Assembly: GCF_006345805.1 (NCBI RefSeq)
Contig: NC_043010.1
Span: 21,762,001 to 21,826,000, forward strand
DNA: 64,000 nucleotides
DNA from: Octopus sinensis
Taxonomy: Eukaryota
Reading direction: 5' to 3'
The notes under the pieces are model-generated. The model was not told the DNA's origin and ran no database searches. It was given only the letters and a program-made list of their open reading frames with translations. Positions 24,170 to 37,959 of this stretch are shown one piece after another (within the stretch, counting starts at the first letter, position 1; the number at the start of each line of letters is the position of its first letter). The translations under genes and the position numbers were made by a program.

Positions 24170-24470
24170 ATGTGCATGCCTCAGTGGTTAGAGCAGGACC
24201 GGGATGTGTATTGTGTTCTTGAGCAAGATACTTTATTTCACGTTGCTCTAGTTCACTCAACTGTAAAAATGAGTTGCTACGTCAGAGGTGCCCGGCTTTA
24301 GCGACCCCTTTGACTTACCCTTGAATAACATCAGTGGTGTGGAGACGGGAGGGTGGTATGCATATACGACTGCTGGCCTTCCATAAACAACCTTGCCCGG
24401 ACTTGTGCCATGGAGGGGACCCTTCTAGGTGCGATCCCATTGTCATTCATGACCGAATGGGGTAATTACA
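24170..24470 (+). mobile_element. degenerate tRNA-headed SINE
   Basis: CTCAGTGGTTAGAGC head remnant and GTTCTTGAGCAAGATACTTTATTTCACGTTGCTCTAGTTCACTC core shared with ~9930. Confidence 0.55.
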
Positions 24471-24774
24471 TTTTACTTTATGGATTATCGCTTCTACGCC
24501 AGCAGATTTTCCTGCTAGTCCATTCTTTTTACAGGTAAGGCATTTTGGAAACACATATCACTTTTCAAACCAAGCAAATTCCAACCTAACAAAATAATAT
24601 TCTTTCGAAATATTTTAATTAATAAATAAATGTTATAAATTGGCAACAGATTAGATAGACAGAAATGTCCGTAACGATTTCGCTCAACGTCTCCACTGCA
24701 CCTTTGCCTCATCACTGAAAGTATTTAGGAAGAAAATCGTAGCGGAATGAAATGAAGGACTACAATAAACCAAT

Positions 24775-24935
24775 GCATGGTGCGGCTTTGTGGTAAGAAG
24801 CTTCCTTCCCAGCCACATAACTCCGGCTCAATCCCTCAACGTGACACCTTGGACAAATGTCTCCCACTATAGCCTCAAGCCGACCAAAACCTTGTGAATG
24901 GATTTGGGTAAAGAAAACTGAAAAGAAGCTCGTTA
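24775..24935 (+). mobile_element. SINE family A, 5' half
   Basis: GTGGTAAGAAGCTT...GACACCTTGGACAAATGTCT...CCGACCAAAACCTTGTGAATGGATTTGG is the reverse complement of the head of the 150-563 copy. Confidence 0.75.
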
Positions 24936-25628
24936 TGTATACATAAATATGTTGTTCCATTTGTCATTATGAGTAAGAAAGACTTAAATATGCTTCAACT
25001 TGCCTAGTAAGAATCAAGTAGATTGTATATCCTGTCAGCTCATATATAATGAGAGACAAACAGTGCAGCGGCCTGAAGGGGTTCTGCTTTCTTTCACAAA
25101 AGTAATGAAAATCACGTTTGGTGGAAACAATTGTAGTGACTAACAGATAACTCTCAAACCGTACCCTTTCTTGTTGACTCCAATTTCTTCAAATGTATAT
25201 ATATATACTAGAAGAAATGAGGTAATCAGAAGATCGGATGGTTCATATTTATAGATATTTATTTATATATTACATTTTTTACATATATATATCATATCAT
25301 TCAGATCATATCATTCAGATTATTAGCGCTTTCTCCCATTCCAGTGGGGTTTTCAAATCAAATTAATTCCTTTGTGGGGAATTTGGTCATTTTATAGAGT
25401 TTCGTACAAGTGTGGGGGGGGGAACAAGATAGTATAAGAGGGTGAGGTAGATGAGGAGGATGTGAGAGAGAGATCATGTGTGTATGTGTATGTGTGTGTG
25501 TGTATGTGTGTGTGTGTGCGTTTGTATCTGAGGCTAAAGAGAAAAAGAGGGAAAGGGGAAGGGGGAGGGGGAGAGGGAAGAAGAAGAAGAAGAAGGATTT
25601 CCTTTGGCCTGTTGGACCCCCTGGGGAG

Positions 25629-25669
<41 letters not shown>

Positions 25670-25673
<4 letters not shown>

Positions 25674-26062
25674 CCAAACGACCTAAACATTAGCTTCAAG
25701 GTTCATCCGAGACTTGGACCACGGGCTATACGTCCCCTGCCAAATTCAAGATCACAACATACATGTACACTGCAACATAATTTCTTTTCCTCAACAGGCC
25801 CTGCCCTATTTAACATTGTCCCGAGGGAGATCAAAGAGGAAAAGGATCCCATCAACTTCAAACAGAGTCTGGATAGATTCCTTCAAAGAATACCAGACAA
25901 GCCACCCATAATTGGATACAACTCACCCAACAAGAACTCACTACTTGAACAAAACTTGACTTAAACAGGATTCGAATAATCCTATCAGGTGGTGCTATTA
26001 AGTTAGACATGGCCTGGACCAATCTCTGGTCGAAACATATCTAAGTTTTATCTAAGTTTTAT
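25670..26062 (+). mobile_element. 5'-truncated CR1-like LINE 3' end
   Basis: HPRLGPRAIRPLP...NFFSSTGPALFNIVPREIKEEKDPINFKQSLDRFLQRIPDKPPIIGYNSPNKNSLLE*, ending in a tandem TATCTAAGTTT tail. Starts right after (TA)n. Confidence 0.75.
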
Positions 26063-26339
26063 ACATATATGGATATAGGCATATACATATCATATGTTGT
26101 GATATCTACATGAATCAAGTGAACAATATTTGTGGACAGTTTTGAAAAAGATCATTATTAGTAAGTAAAGCTTGAAAGAAAATAGTATTTTAAATAATGT
26201 TCCTTATACTTTTCACACACACGTGCATACACACACACACACACGCGCACACATACACACAAATGCATACATACATACACACACGAACGCACGCACACAG
26301 GTACGTGCATATATGCACACACACATACATATATATCTT

Positions 26340-26544
26340 TTATTCTTTTATTTGTTTCAGTCATTTGACTGCGGCCATGCTGGAGCACCGCCTTTAGTCG
26401 AGCAAATCGACCCCGGGACGTATTCTTTGTAAGCCCAGTACTTATTCTATCGGTCTCTTTTTGCCGAACCGCTAAGTAACGGGGACGTAAACACACCAGC
26501 ATCGGTTGTCAAACAATGCTAGGGGGACAAGCACAGACACACAA

Positions 26545-26589
<45 letters not shown>

Positions 26590-26754
26590 TACGACAGGCT
26601 TCTTTCAGTTACCGTCTACCAAATCCACTCACAAGGCATTGGTCGGCCCAGGCTATAGCAGAAGACACTTGCCCAAGGTTCCACACAGTGGGACTGGAAC
26701 CGGAACCATGTGGTTGGTTAGCAAGCTACTTACCACACAGCCACTCCTGCGCCT
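26340..26754 (-). mobile_element. SINE family A
   Basis: Near-identical to 150-563. Confidence 0.9.
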
Positions 26755-28057
26755 CACACATACATAAATATATGTGTGTACGTGTATGTATGTATATATA
26801 TATGTATGTGTGTGTGTGTGTGTGTGTGTGTGAGTGTGTGTGTGTGTATAAACATACAAGTATGTATGCCTGCGGCCCGTATGTGCCTTCTTTCCAGTTT
26901 CCCAAATATGAAGGACATGAATTATTACCCTAAGGGACAAAAAAAGAGAAAAACAATAACGTAATATATTTTTTACGCGATCAATATGAACACGAAATAA
27001 ATGGATGCAATATATTTATGAAAAATTATATCCTCCGAAATATTTAGAAGAAGCAGTCCATTGCACCACACACATATGGAAGACTAGTATTTACTTGGTG
27101 AATGCACTAAGGCATGAAATTTCGACTTCTCCCTGAGCTGGCATTAAAAAATGTAGATATATCTATTATCTCCCCTTTCATTTCACTCCATTTTGAGGCC
27201 ATCCTGTTTTCTTCTCCTTACAACGTGCCAGGTTTCCTGTAAAATGTGGAAGATTCCCCATAGGAATATAATTTTACTTTTTCTTTGCTTATGATTCAGG
27301 TCCCATTTATTGGTCGCTTACACTCTGGTAAAATAAATGCGGTACATATAACTTCTACATGACATTTCCATATTTTTCTTTAAATAAATTGTTTTAAAAC
27401 CCGTTTGTTTGTTTTTCATGATAAGCGTTAACAAAATGCACTTTATTCTAACATCCTATGAATTATGTGGTTTTTCATTATTGATTGTATTGTAATTTTC
27501 ATTTTCTTTTATTTGTTCTAGCTTTTTTTTACCATTTTTAGCCCTTCATATAAGGTAGAATGAAATATCCGTGTCTCTATGCAGTTCTCCCCTCTCTCTC
27601 CCTCTGTGTTTGTATGCACGCACACACATATACATACCTTCATATATGTATACAAATAAAGACACGCACATACATAAATAAACATATGTTACATTAAAGC
27701 GATTATTTTAAAGTTAGTTTAAGGATAACACCGAACATTTGATATGACTCGATACTAACAGTAAACTCAGTTTCACCACAGCTGTTTCAGACGCGTTTTT
27801 TGGTGGGTGGGATTGATGAATAGAAGTGTTACTTCATGCAAGAAACAAAGCAGGAAAACGATATCATCATGTAGACATTTGTAAGAATTAAACATTTTGA
27901 ACGCCTCAACAAGTACAAAGAGGCCTACTGCCTCTACCAACCAGCGATAGGGATATCACTGGTCTGACCTCGGTACTTTACTGTTTCAGCACGTTATTTG
28001 CATGCCTCCAAGAAATTCTATATTATGCATTCACACACATATATATATTATACGTAC

Positions 28058-28117
<60 letters not shown>

Positions 28118-29295
28118 TATGGGCATTGTGAATGTACATGAATGCGTACGTGTTTATGTGAATGTCTGTATATATATATATATATATACACACACATACA
28201 TATATGTATATACATATATACGTTGTGAGATAGATATATTTTGTAACTATAGCAAATGAAGACCATTTATATACACGCGCACACAAACACACTTATTGTG
28301 TGTGTGTGTGTGTGTGTTGTGTGTTTGTGTTAGTCTGTACTCATATACATATAGTCAGCACTTAATAGATTCCTCTCTCCATTTTCAAAATATATTGTGG
28401 AAAGTAAAGCAAACTGCTCACCTGGCTGTAATAAACAAATTATCTCCACATTAAGAAACCATTAGTTTCACGAGATATATAAATCAATATTATCACTCAT
28501 AATCTCTGAAAGTACCCTGAAGTCTTAATCGATAATGCGTTTCGAAAACGTGAGAGAAAAAAAGAATCATGGCACAGAAAATGATTTTTTCCACCCACGC
28601 ACTAAATGATCCACAGACTATATTTCTTTATCAATTTCTTGGAAAGTAGTCGACATCGCAAATCGTTATTAGCGACTGAAGCAATATTATTTCAAATAAG
28701 CAATCTGTATGTCATACCTAAGCATATACATTGTTGAAAGCCTTCTAAACTGCAGTATTCTTCTCGAGAAAGCATCTCTTATAGATGTATAGTGCTAAAA
28801 ATCATAGAAATCTATCTGTAGCAGCTGATCAGAGCATTATTCGTCTGCTAAGTTGACTACATATGCGTTAAATTAACATGTAAATAGGGAATTATTTCCC
28901 CTTACACATTTACCCTGAACGTACAGAGTTGTCTTGCCGAATCATTGTGACAAAATGTTACAGGTTTATATCTCTCCAATTTGGTGTTTACAGAGGAGGG
29001 AAAATTGGCGCGGTACTAGATTGTTCCTGTATTTATCTATCCTGACTTCACAGAATGCAGCATTGACTACGGCTGGATTTGATCTCATAGTTCATACTAT
29101 CACAAGGTATTACTGTACAGTAAATTACCCGACACTTTAACATGTTACCAATTCACCACCTTGTCGAATTCAGTCACAGAATTCTTTCAGTTGTTAGAAT
29201 ACTAGAAGTATAAAAACAAAACTATTAACGATTCTTGTCACGCCTTTACTTACGAATGGCTCACATTTTTTTCATCGCATTCCATTCGTAAATCT

Positions 29296-29390
<95 letters not shown>

Positions 29391-29946
29391 CAATTCAAGA
29401 TACATCTCAATAAAATACCCTCAAAACTGCATAGCATACATTTTTCTTTGATTTGTTGTTATATTATGTTTACTTATAACTACGTGATAAAATTTGAATA
29501 TATATAAGGAGTGGGGAGCTAAATCCGGAGAAAGAGAATACAGAAAATATAAACAGTATTATCTTTCATAATAGAACTTTCAAAACGATTTTCTTTTTCC
29601 AAATTTGGTCACGTAAAATGTGAGAAAGTTTGTGAGTAAGACTACAAAATTACGACCGATGCTTATCTATTATTTGAGCAAACAAACGGCGGTTATAAAC
29701 ATCTGCTAAGAAGAAATTTATGAAGTTTAAGGACTGAAGTTTATAGACAGAGTTTTGATACTTTGGAAATTCGACATAATTATTATATATCATTAACCAG
29801 TAGTTTCCTAATGAGGCATTTGTTTTGGCAGGAATTGTTTACTGGGATTATTTCTGCTATTTACATTATGAGTTCAATCCACACTGAGCTCAACCTTTAT
29901 TTTATTTTCATTCTTCTGCAATCACTTCAGTAATACATCAGTTTAG

Positions 29947-30855
29947 AAGGCGGCGAGCTGGCTGAAACGTTAGCACGCCGGGCGAAATGCTTGGCGGTAT
30001 TTCGTCTGCTGCTACGTTCTGAGTTCAAATTCCGCCGAGATCGACTTTGTCTTTCATCATTTCGGGGTCGATTAAATAAGTACCAGTTACGCACTGGAGT
30101 CGATATAATCGACTTAATCCGTTTGTATATCCTAGTTTGTCTCCTTTGTGTTTAGCCCTTAGTGGGTAGTAAAGAAATAGGTATTTCGCCTGTCTTTACA
30201 TTCTAAGTTCAAATTCTGCCGAGGTCGACTTTGCCTTTCATCCTTTCGGAGTCTATAAATTACGTAGCAGTTGCGTACTGTGGTCGATCTAATCGACTGG
30301 CCTGCTCCCCAAAACATTTTAAGCCTTGTGCTTAGACTAGAAAAGAATATACCAGTTTAGAAAAGCGATCAATTTGTTTGCTGATGTATGTGTCATTTAT
30401 ATAATATTGGTTTCAAATTTTGCCACAAGGCCAGCAATTTCGGGGAATGGGGTAAGTCGACTACATTGATTCCCGTGCTCAATCGCTACCTATTTTATCG
30501 ACCCCGAAAGGAATGAAAAGCAAAGCCGACCACGGCAGGATATGAACTCAGAACGTAAAGACGTACGAATCTCGCTTAGAACTTTGCCCAGTGTGCTAAC
30601 ATTTCTATCACCTCCCCGCCCCATCCGCATAATTAATGCTGGCTTCAAATTTTGGTACGAGGCCATCAATTTCTGTGAAGTGGGTAAATCAATTACACTG
30701 ATTCCAGTAACTCAACTGCTACTTATTTTATCGTCCCTGAAAGAATGAAAGGCGGAGTCCACTTCGGCGGAATTTGAATTCAGAACGTAAAGACGAATGA
30801 AAGAGGGCTAAGCATTTTGCACATGGTGCTAACAATTCTGCGAGCTTGTCGCCCT
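29947..30855. mobile_element. cluster of four SINE family B copies: two plus (29947-30350), two minus (30405-30855)
   Basis: AAGGCGGCGAGCTGGCTGAAACGTTAGCACGCCGGGCGAAATGC head and repeated GAGTTCAAATTC.GCCGAG.TCGACTTTG.CTTTCATC blocks in both orientations. Confidence 0.85.
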
Positions 30856-31369
30856 ATACACTTATATAATATAGACGGGAAGATTGCAGTGAGATCTTCG
30901 CCCTAAATCCGTGGGGATTCAAAGATAACTGGTGTGAGATACGTTCTGGGTTTACACTGTCTTCAAACCAACGTTCCCATTTCGGTTGCGATTTACACAA
31001 CGCTGCTTCATACAGCAAGCACGTAATTTATGATATATTCCCCTAACAAAAATGCAGGATAAAATAATTTCTATGTTACAAAGTTTACATCAAAGATCAT
31101 CACTGAAGAAAGCATTTCGATCACTCTGATTGAAGATGAGTTATTGTGATGATTAAAGATTAATTCGATGAAGTAAAATGCATCACAAACATTAGGTAAT
31201 AAAATTATTGTAAATATTTGTGAGTGTGAGTGTGAACGTACTTCTGCACAGACACAGATGGATGTGAGCTTAGTAGGGAAGAGTTTTTCGTTTGAACTTG
31301 TTGTTTGTTCATTCTGTAAAAAGAAACTTTTGTGTTCTTGTGCGTGTTTGCGTAAACATCGAAATATAT

Positions 31370-31670
31370 AACAAGGCAAAGACCGCGGGCCATACGTCTC
31401 CTACGCAATTCAGGATCACAACACTGCGACACATTTTCTTTTCCTCAACAGGACCTGTTCTATTTAACATGAAAAGGATCCCATCACCTTCAAACGGAAT
31501 CCGTGCAAATTTCTGTAAAGAATACCAGATAAACCACATTTACCTGGACACAGCTCACTCAACAAGAACTCCCAACACAAATGGGCCATGATACCAGAAA
31601 ACTTGACTTCAAAAAGATTTAGCCAATCCTATCAACGGATGATATTTTCATTCTAGCTTAATTTAAACGA
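31370..31670 (+). mobile_element. decayed CR1-like LINE 3' end, same family as 25670
   Basis: Shared TTTCTTTTCCTCAACAGG.CCTG..CTATTTAACAT, AAAAGGATCCCATCA.CTTCAAAC and AAGAATACCAGA.AA.CCAC blocks. Confidence 0.7.
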
Positions 31671-31708
31671 CGGTATAGTCACCGCGCCCTGTATATATAT
31701 ATATATAC

Positions 31709-32116
31709 TACTATTTTACTATTTTACTATTTTACTTGTTTCAGTCATTTGACTGCGGCCATGCTGGAGCACCGTCTTTAATCGAGCAACTCGACCCCGG
31801 GACTTATTCTTTTGTAAGCCCAGTACTTATTCTATCGGTCTCTTTTGCCGAACCGCTAAGTAACGGGGACCTAAACACACCAGCATCGGTTGTCAAGCAA
31901 CGCTAGGGGGACAAACACAGACACACAAACACACACACGCATATATATATATACATATATACGATAGGCTTCTTTCAGTTTCCGTCTACCAAATCCACTC
32001 ACAAGGCTTTGGTCGGCCCGGGGCTATAGCAGAAGACACTTGCCCAAGGTGCCACGCAGTGGGACTGAACCCGGAACCATGTGGTTGGTTAGCAAGCTAC
32101 TTACCACACAGCCACT

Positions 32117-32118
<2 letters not shown>
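31709..32118 (-). mobile_element. SINE family A
   Basis: Near-identical to 150-563. Confidence 0.9.
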
Positions 32119-32208
<90 letters not shown>

Positions 32209-32454
32209 CATTTACTACCATGTTTCTATTGACGAGACTGGCCTCTCTGTCTATCTACTGACCCTCTTTGCGATGTTGGTAAATGAAATAAGTATAAAAA
32301 TGAATATTTTCAATTTAACTAAAAAATTCCATCTGCAGCTGAAGATTGCTCTACATTTTAAAACTGATGTAATACTTGCATTGTTTAATCAAATGAAGTC
32401 GCATGAAACGATCGTACTGCATGACCTTTGGATATCCGTGTTGCTTATTTTGAT

Positions 32455-32491
<37 letters not shown>

Positions 32492-32493
<2 letters not shown>

Positions 32494-32970
32494 CGGGAAG
32501 CTTTATGAAAATAAACAAAAGACGAAGGCAGGTGGAAAACAAACGAACAATTGTATTAGTATGGCGCTCAGGAAATATAAATAAAACAAGTCTTTAACGT
32601 TTCGAGCCTACGTTCTTCAACAGAAAGATACACAGAGAGAGAAAAACACAGAAAGAAGGAGAGAAAAAAATATGCGTGCAGAGGCTAGCGAATCAACATG
32701 GCGATCTGTATATATATATATATATATACAGATCGCCATGTTGATTCGCTAGCCTCTGCACGCATATTTTTTTCTCTCCTTCTTTCTGTGTTTTTTCTCT
32801 GTGTATCTTTCTGTTGAAGAGCGTAGGCTCGAAACGCTAAAGACTTGTTTTATTTATATTCCTGAGCGTCATACTAATACAATTGTTTGTTTGTATTCCA
32901 CCTGCCTTCGTCTTTTGTTTATTTCCGTAAACCTGCCTTCGTCTTTTGTCTATTTTCATAAAGCTTCCCG

Positions 32971-32972
<2 letters not shown>
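32492..32972. mobile_element. palindromic pair of PLE-type 3' tails around (TA)10, each with a variant hammerhead-like motif
   Basis: Left arm 32492-32708 is the reverse complement of right arm 32729-32972. Motifs at 32591-32628 (-) and 32806-32843 (+). Same family at 39318-39530 and 48893-49100. Confidence 0.85.
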
Positions 32973-33014
<42 letters not shown>

Positions 33015-33041
33015 ATATATATATACATATACATATATATG

Positions 33042-33877
33042 CAGGGTGTGGTGAATAAACCGTCGTCTAAATTAAGCAAGAATGAAAATAGCACTGACAA
33101 CTCATTTTAACAGATATATATTTCCCCAAATCACATGAAAATGTCTTCAATACTAAAGAGTAAATTTATTCAATAAAACCGCCATTGGCTTCAACCACCG
33201 CCTCCCGATGACTTCGGACTCACCTGCAACTCTTCTGGATGGTCTGCTTGTTGGTGAATGCTGCCATAATCCTTGCCTTTAGGTCATCTTTGGTGTTGCA
33301 AGAAGTTTCGATTGTCTCTCGCTCAACTGCCCCCCACACATTATAATCAAGGGGGTTGCAATCTGGGGAGTTAAGTGGCCAGATGTTAGGAGTGATGTGG
33401 TCGCAGAAACTGTCTCACAGCCATGATTGGGTTCCCCTGCTTGTTTGGTATAGGACAGAGTCCTGTTACCAGACATAGGGCTTTCAGCACTACTTTTTCG
33501 AGTCCTCAATGTAGACCTTCGTGAGAAGGTGAGGCCGTGTGAGAAGATGAATGGAAGCATAACGTCGCCATCACTAGGGTATCATTTCAAACATTATGAT
33601 GTTGACTGGATGCTTGCTTTTTATCACTCTCTGTGCATGTCCAGTGATTGCACTGTCCTCAGATTGACAACCAAACACTCTGAAATGTTCGTACTGGAGC
33701 TTCCGGTGTAAATGCCAAGGAGTATAGCATGTCGATACCTGCGTCATAGTGCTGTTTTTCCTGCAGACGGTGCCCAACTGACTCTATTGCACTGTGTAGT
33801 CGACAAAATGAAAAACAACAACATGCCTGTGCAAAATCAAAAATATAAAATGGCGACAATTTTTCCATCGCACCCTG
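33042..33877 (-). mobile_element. maT/DD37D-like (Tc1/mariner) element, internally deleted
   Basis: Ends CAGGGTG...CACCCTG. Fragments KSKHPVNIIMF..SDGDVMLPFIFSHGL and WPLNSPDCNPLDYNVWGAVERET. Confidence 0.75.
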
Positions 33878-34204
33878 AAAACACACACACGCACGCACAT
33901 AAACAAATACACACACACATATCATGACGAAGGCGGCTATACACAACATAAAATCAAACATGAAAAATTCAATTGTCATTAATTGCAACTGATGGTGCGT
34001 GGTAGCGCTTTATTGCGAGAAATAAAAGTTAAAAGCGCTCAGAGGTGCAAAGGGCACATTCCTATCACTGAGAAGAGAGCAAGGGTGGTTATCTTCCCTG
34101 TGCTTTTTGCGGCTCTAAGGGATTTTAACATTTATTTCTAGCAATATAGATGCTACCCAGCACCATGAGTCACAATTGTATTTTTCCTATATTCACACAT
34201 TCTT

Positions 34205-34405
34205 TTAATCTTTTACTTGTCTCAGTCATTTGACTGCGGTCATGCTGGAGCACCGCCTTTAGTCAACAAATCGACCCCAGGACTTATTCTTCGTAAGCCT
34301 AGTACTTATTCTCTCGGTCTCTTTAGCCGAACCGCTAAGTTACGGGGACGTAAACACACCAGCATCGGTTGTCAAACACAGACACAAAAACATGCACACA
34401 GACAA

Positions 34406-34443
<38 letters not shown>

Positions 34444-34606
34444 GACGGGCTGCATTCAATTTCCGTCTACCAAATCCACTCACATGGCTTTGGTCGGCCC
34501 GAGGCTATAGTAGAAGATACTCGCCCAAGGTGCCACGCAGTGGGACTGAACCCAGAACCATGTGGTTGGTAAGCAAGGTACTAACCACATAGTCACTCTT
34601 ACGCCT
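34205..34606 (-). mobile_element. SINE family A
   Basis: Homologous to 150-563. Confidence 0.85.
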
Positions 34607-34643
34607 ACATACATAGATATATAAATATACATACTGCATATAC

Positions 34644-34680
<37 letters not shown>

Positions 34681-34876
34681 CATACATAAATACATATACA
34701 TATGCACACACATATATATGTGTGTGTGTGTGTGTGTGCGTGTATGTCTATATATAAGAGAAGAGTAGAAATGGTGCAAGAGCAACGCCTATACGTAGGT
34801 AATGCACCAGTAGTGCCTACGAATACATCTATCCCTTAGACAGTTTTATAACCTCTAACTCATCATTTATATATAT

Positions 34877-35273
34877 ACTTGCAGTATCGCCCGGTGTTGC
34901 TCGGGTTTGTAAGGGAAATAACTATATAAGCATTTTTAGAGATGTAAAGTATAATAGCCATCTCAATATGGCTAACCGCAAAGGGGGGGGTGTTACTGTA
35001 GCTTTTTACGTTCTGAGATTTAATAATAATTTTTTAGAGAGTTACTTCCCTTATATATGCCAAAAATGCATTAAAAATGGGAAAAATTGATGGTATTTTT
35101 TTTTAAATCGTAGACTCATCATAGACGCGCGCTAATACCCAGAAGGGCTCGATATGAATCCCGACTATAAGACACCCGGTTTTGGTTAAACTGCACCGCA
35201 AAATATGGGCGTAGTTAGGAATCTAAATCGTAGGAGACAGACAGCACACAACCTTACGTTTATATATAAAGAT
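34877..35273 (+). mobile_element. probable non-autonomous Helitron/Helentron (HINE, DINE-1/Lep1-like)
   Basis: 5' ACTTGCAGTATCGCCCGGTGTTGCTCGGG with a CCCG/CGGG stem-loop; 3' GACAGACAGCACACAACC...TTTATATATAAAGAT. Architecture recalled from HINE elements. Confidence 0.5.
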
Positions 35274-35389
35274 ATCTTATTCAAGGAAATTCCAACTCTG
35301 TCTATTTTTTATGTTTTATTTATATACTTTATAATATTAATGTAGAATATAGAATATATAGTATAAATAATGTATATATATAGTAAAAT

Positions 35390-35585
35390 GAAATGATGTA
35401 TTGATAAATGGAGGCATAAATTCGCCATCACTAGTGATCATTTCAAGCATTATGATGTTGGCTGGATGTTTGCTTTTTATCACTTTCAGTGCATGTCCAG
35501 TGATTGCACTGTCCTCAGATTGACACCCAAACATTCTGAAATGTTCGTACTGGAGCTTCCGGTGTAAATGCCAAGGAGTATAACA
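35390..35585 (-). mobile_element. second fragment of the maT-like transposase
   Basis: Near-identical to 33565-33725 (CATCACTAG.G.ATCATTTCAA...GGAGCTTCCGGTGTAAATGCCAAGGAGTAT). Confidence 0.85.
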
Positions 35586-35978
35586 TGACCAAGGTTGTAA
35601 CAGGAGTGTGAAACTCTCCTGTCAGAGCCTGGCACCTTGAAGACTGCTATAACGCATGAAAGTATACTAGTCCCTTAATATGTTATATTCAACATTTCAT
35701 CTGTTCAATAAGACAATCAATACTTCATTTCATTTTACTATATATATATATATATTTTATTTGTACTATATTTTCTATATTCTACATTATTATTATAAAG
35801 AATATAAATAAAACATAAAAAATAGACAGAGTTGGAATATCTTTGAATAATATTTATCCCTCTATACACAATCATACAAAACCCTTTATATTTTTTTTTA
35901 TCTAGTATCAGCTCACGAGCTGTGGCCATGCTGGGGCACCGCCATTTGTTGGGGCACCGCCATATATATATATATAAT

Positions 35979-36010
<32 letters not shown>

Positions 36011-37059
36011 TTGTTTGTATATACAAACACACAAACACATACACACATACATGCATAGCCTTTACTTCAGAAATCCTTTGTTCAGCCTAAAATGAGTAGT
36101 AAAATCTGATACATTCCCATTGTGACGTATACACATAAACCTGTAGCGTTTTACGTCCCAATCTCAACGTAACTCACCGATCTTCTCCAGCACAACCTAC
36201 AGCTTCGTCTCTAAAATCTCTCACTCCTTTTGACCTTTTCTTCTTCTCTCCATCCGTAAGCCTCTTCACTTTACTGTCGTTAGCGATTGCCATTAAAATT
36301 TAAATGCTTATATCGTCTTCGTCGTCGTCGTCGATGTTGCATTATATTTGTGTTGTTATTGTTTACTTCTGTCGTTGTTTGTGACGTCTGGTTGTCATAG
36401 ATTTTTTTGGTTCAATTAAGAGAATTATTTTCCTCTCTCCTTCCTATTGTTCTTCATGTTTCTGTTGCTGCTTTCTTAGATTACTATTGTATTGTTGAAT
36501 TGTAAAACGGGAGTGTGTGGTTTTTAATTTTCATCTTGCGCCGCTTACTAGATTCAGTTATTGGACTGCGGCCATGCCGGGCACCAGATTCATGGGTATT
36601 AGTTGAATGACACAACCCCACCAGTACATATGTTTCCTCAACCTTTTTAATTAGTCTGTCGGTCTCTAATGCCGGATCTCTCAGTCACAGGGATGCAAAT
36701 AATCCAACAACTTTATAGCCGTTGTCGGTGAATTTACATCCCTATAACTTAGTGGTTCAGCATAAAAGACCGATAGAATAGATACTAGGCATAAAAATAA
36801 GTAATTGCGTTCGATTCATTCAAGGTGGTGCTCCAGTATGGCCGCAGCCTAATCTCTGAAACGGAAGATAAAAAATATTTATTACATATTATTTCCTTTC
36901 ATATATTTAAAGACGGCCCTCACCTGACGGGGGCGGACTGCCAATTTTTTTCTCACGAGAGTTCCGGACCTCAGTTAAAAAACTCATTTGCATACAACCA
37001 ATCAGATCTCAACTATCAAACCAGTTTATGAGCGCACGACTAGTGATGGGCGATAAGAT

Positions 37060-37332
37060 AAGGTCACTTGGGCAAGGAATGACCATGCTTCTTTTCTCAG
37101 GGTATGACAAGGCTGGCCCTTTGAAATACATGTACAACAGAAACAGAAAGAAAGAATTAGAGAAAGTTGTGGTGAAAGGGTACGTCAGGGTTCACCACCA
37201 TCCCCTGCCGGAGCCTCCTGGAACTTAAGGTATTTTTGCTCAATAAACACTCACATCACCCAGTCTCGGAATCAAAACCGCGATCCTACGACGGTGAGTC
37301 CGCTGCCCTAACCACTGGGCTGTTGCGCCTCC
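37060..37332 (-). mobile_element. SINE family C
   Basis: Homologous to 21380-21586. Confidence 0.8.
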
Positions 37333-37959
37333 TATATTATATTATATTATAATTATGTGGATGTCCATGGCCTAGTTCCTCGGTGGCACCAAATCCTCTA
37401 CCGGTAGGAGTCTTACATCCCGAGGTAGAATGAAGCTTATTTCAGTGTAGAAGAGAGCCAAAACCACTATTTAATTTTCCAGTTGGGCATTTAGGCTCCA
37501 TTTTAACAAATGCTGGTCATTAAATATAATCTTAATATAGAAACTGAACAAAATCGAAGCAGATATCCGTTGCTTATCATATCCCACATTAAGAGAAACG
37601 AATTCAAAGTGTATGCGGAAGCTGATGTAACTACATCAATATATATAACCGATATAACTGAAGCATTACCAAACGTTCATTTCAGCTAAAAAGGACATAG
37701 CTGTGTTTAGGAGCTACTAGTTCTTATGTTGAACAAATCTCCTGACACACATCAGAGTTACTCACAACAGTGTAAAAAATCACACCAACATCTTACAACA
37801 CGAATCAACACATGGGACAATATTGCTGTATGCACAGCAAAAGCCCACTCGCAACGACAAACACACATATGTAGGTATGCGTGGGTGAACGATCGAGTGT
37901 GAGTCAGTGTTTGCAAATATATATATATATGTGAGTGTGTGTGTTTGTATATATATAAG

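Noticed and set aside
27770-28560. GAAACAGCTGT (27775-27790, minus) and GAAACGCATT (~28535, minus) stem III-like remnants
   Set aside because: No matching CUGANGA core or stem I nearby.
28994-29106. Possible 113 bp exon (tttacag acceptor, AAG|gtatta donor, one open frame)
   Set aside because: The peptide is not recognisable and such sites are common by chance; RNA-seq would be needed.
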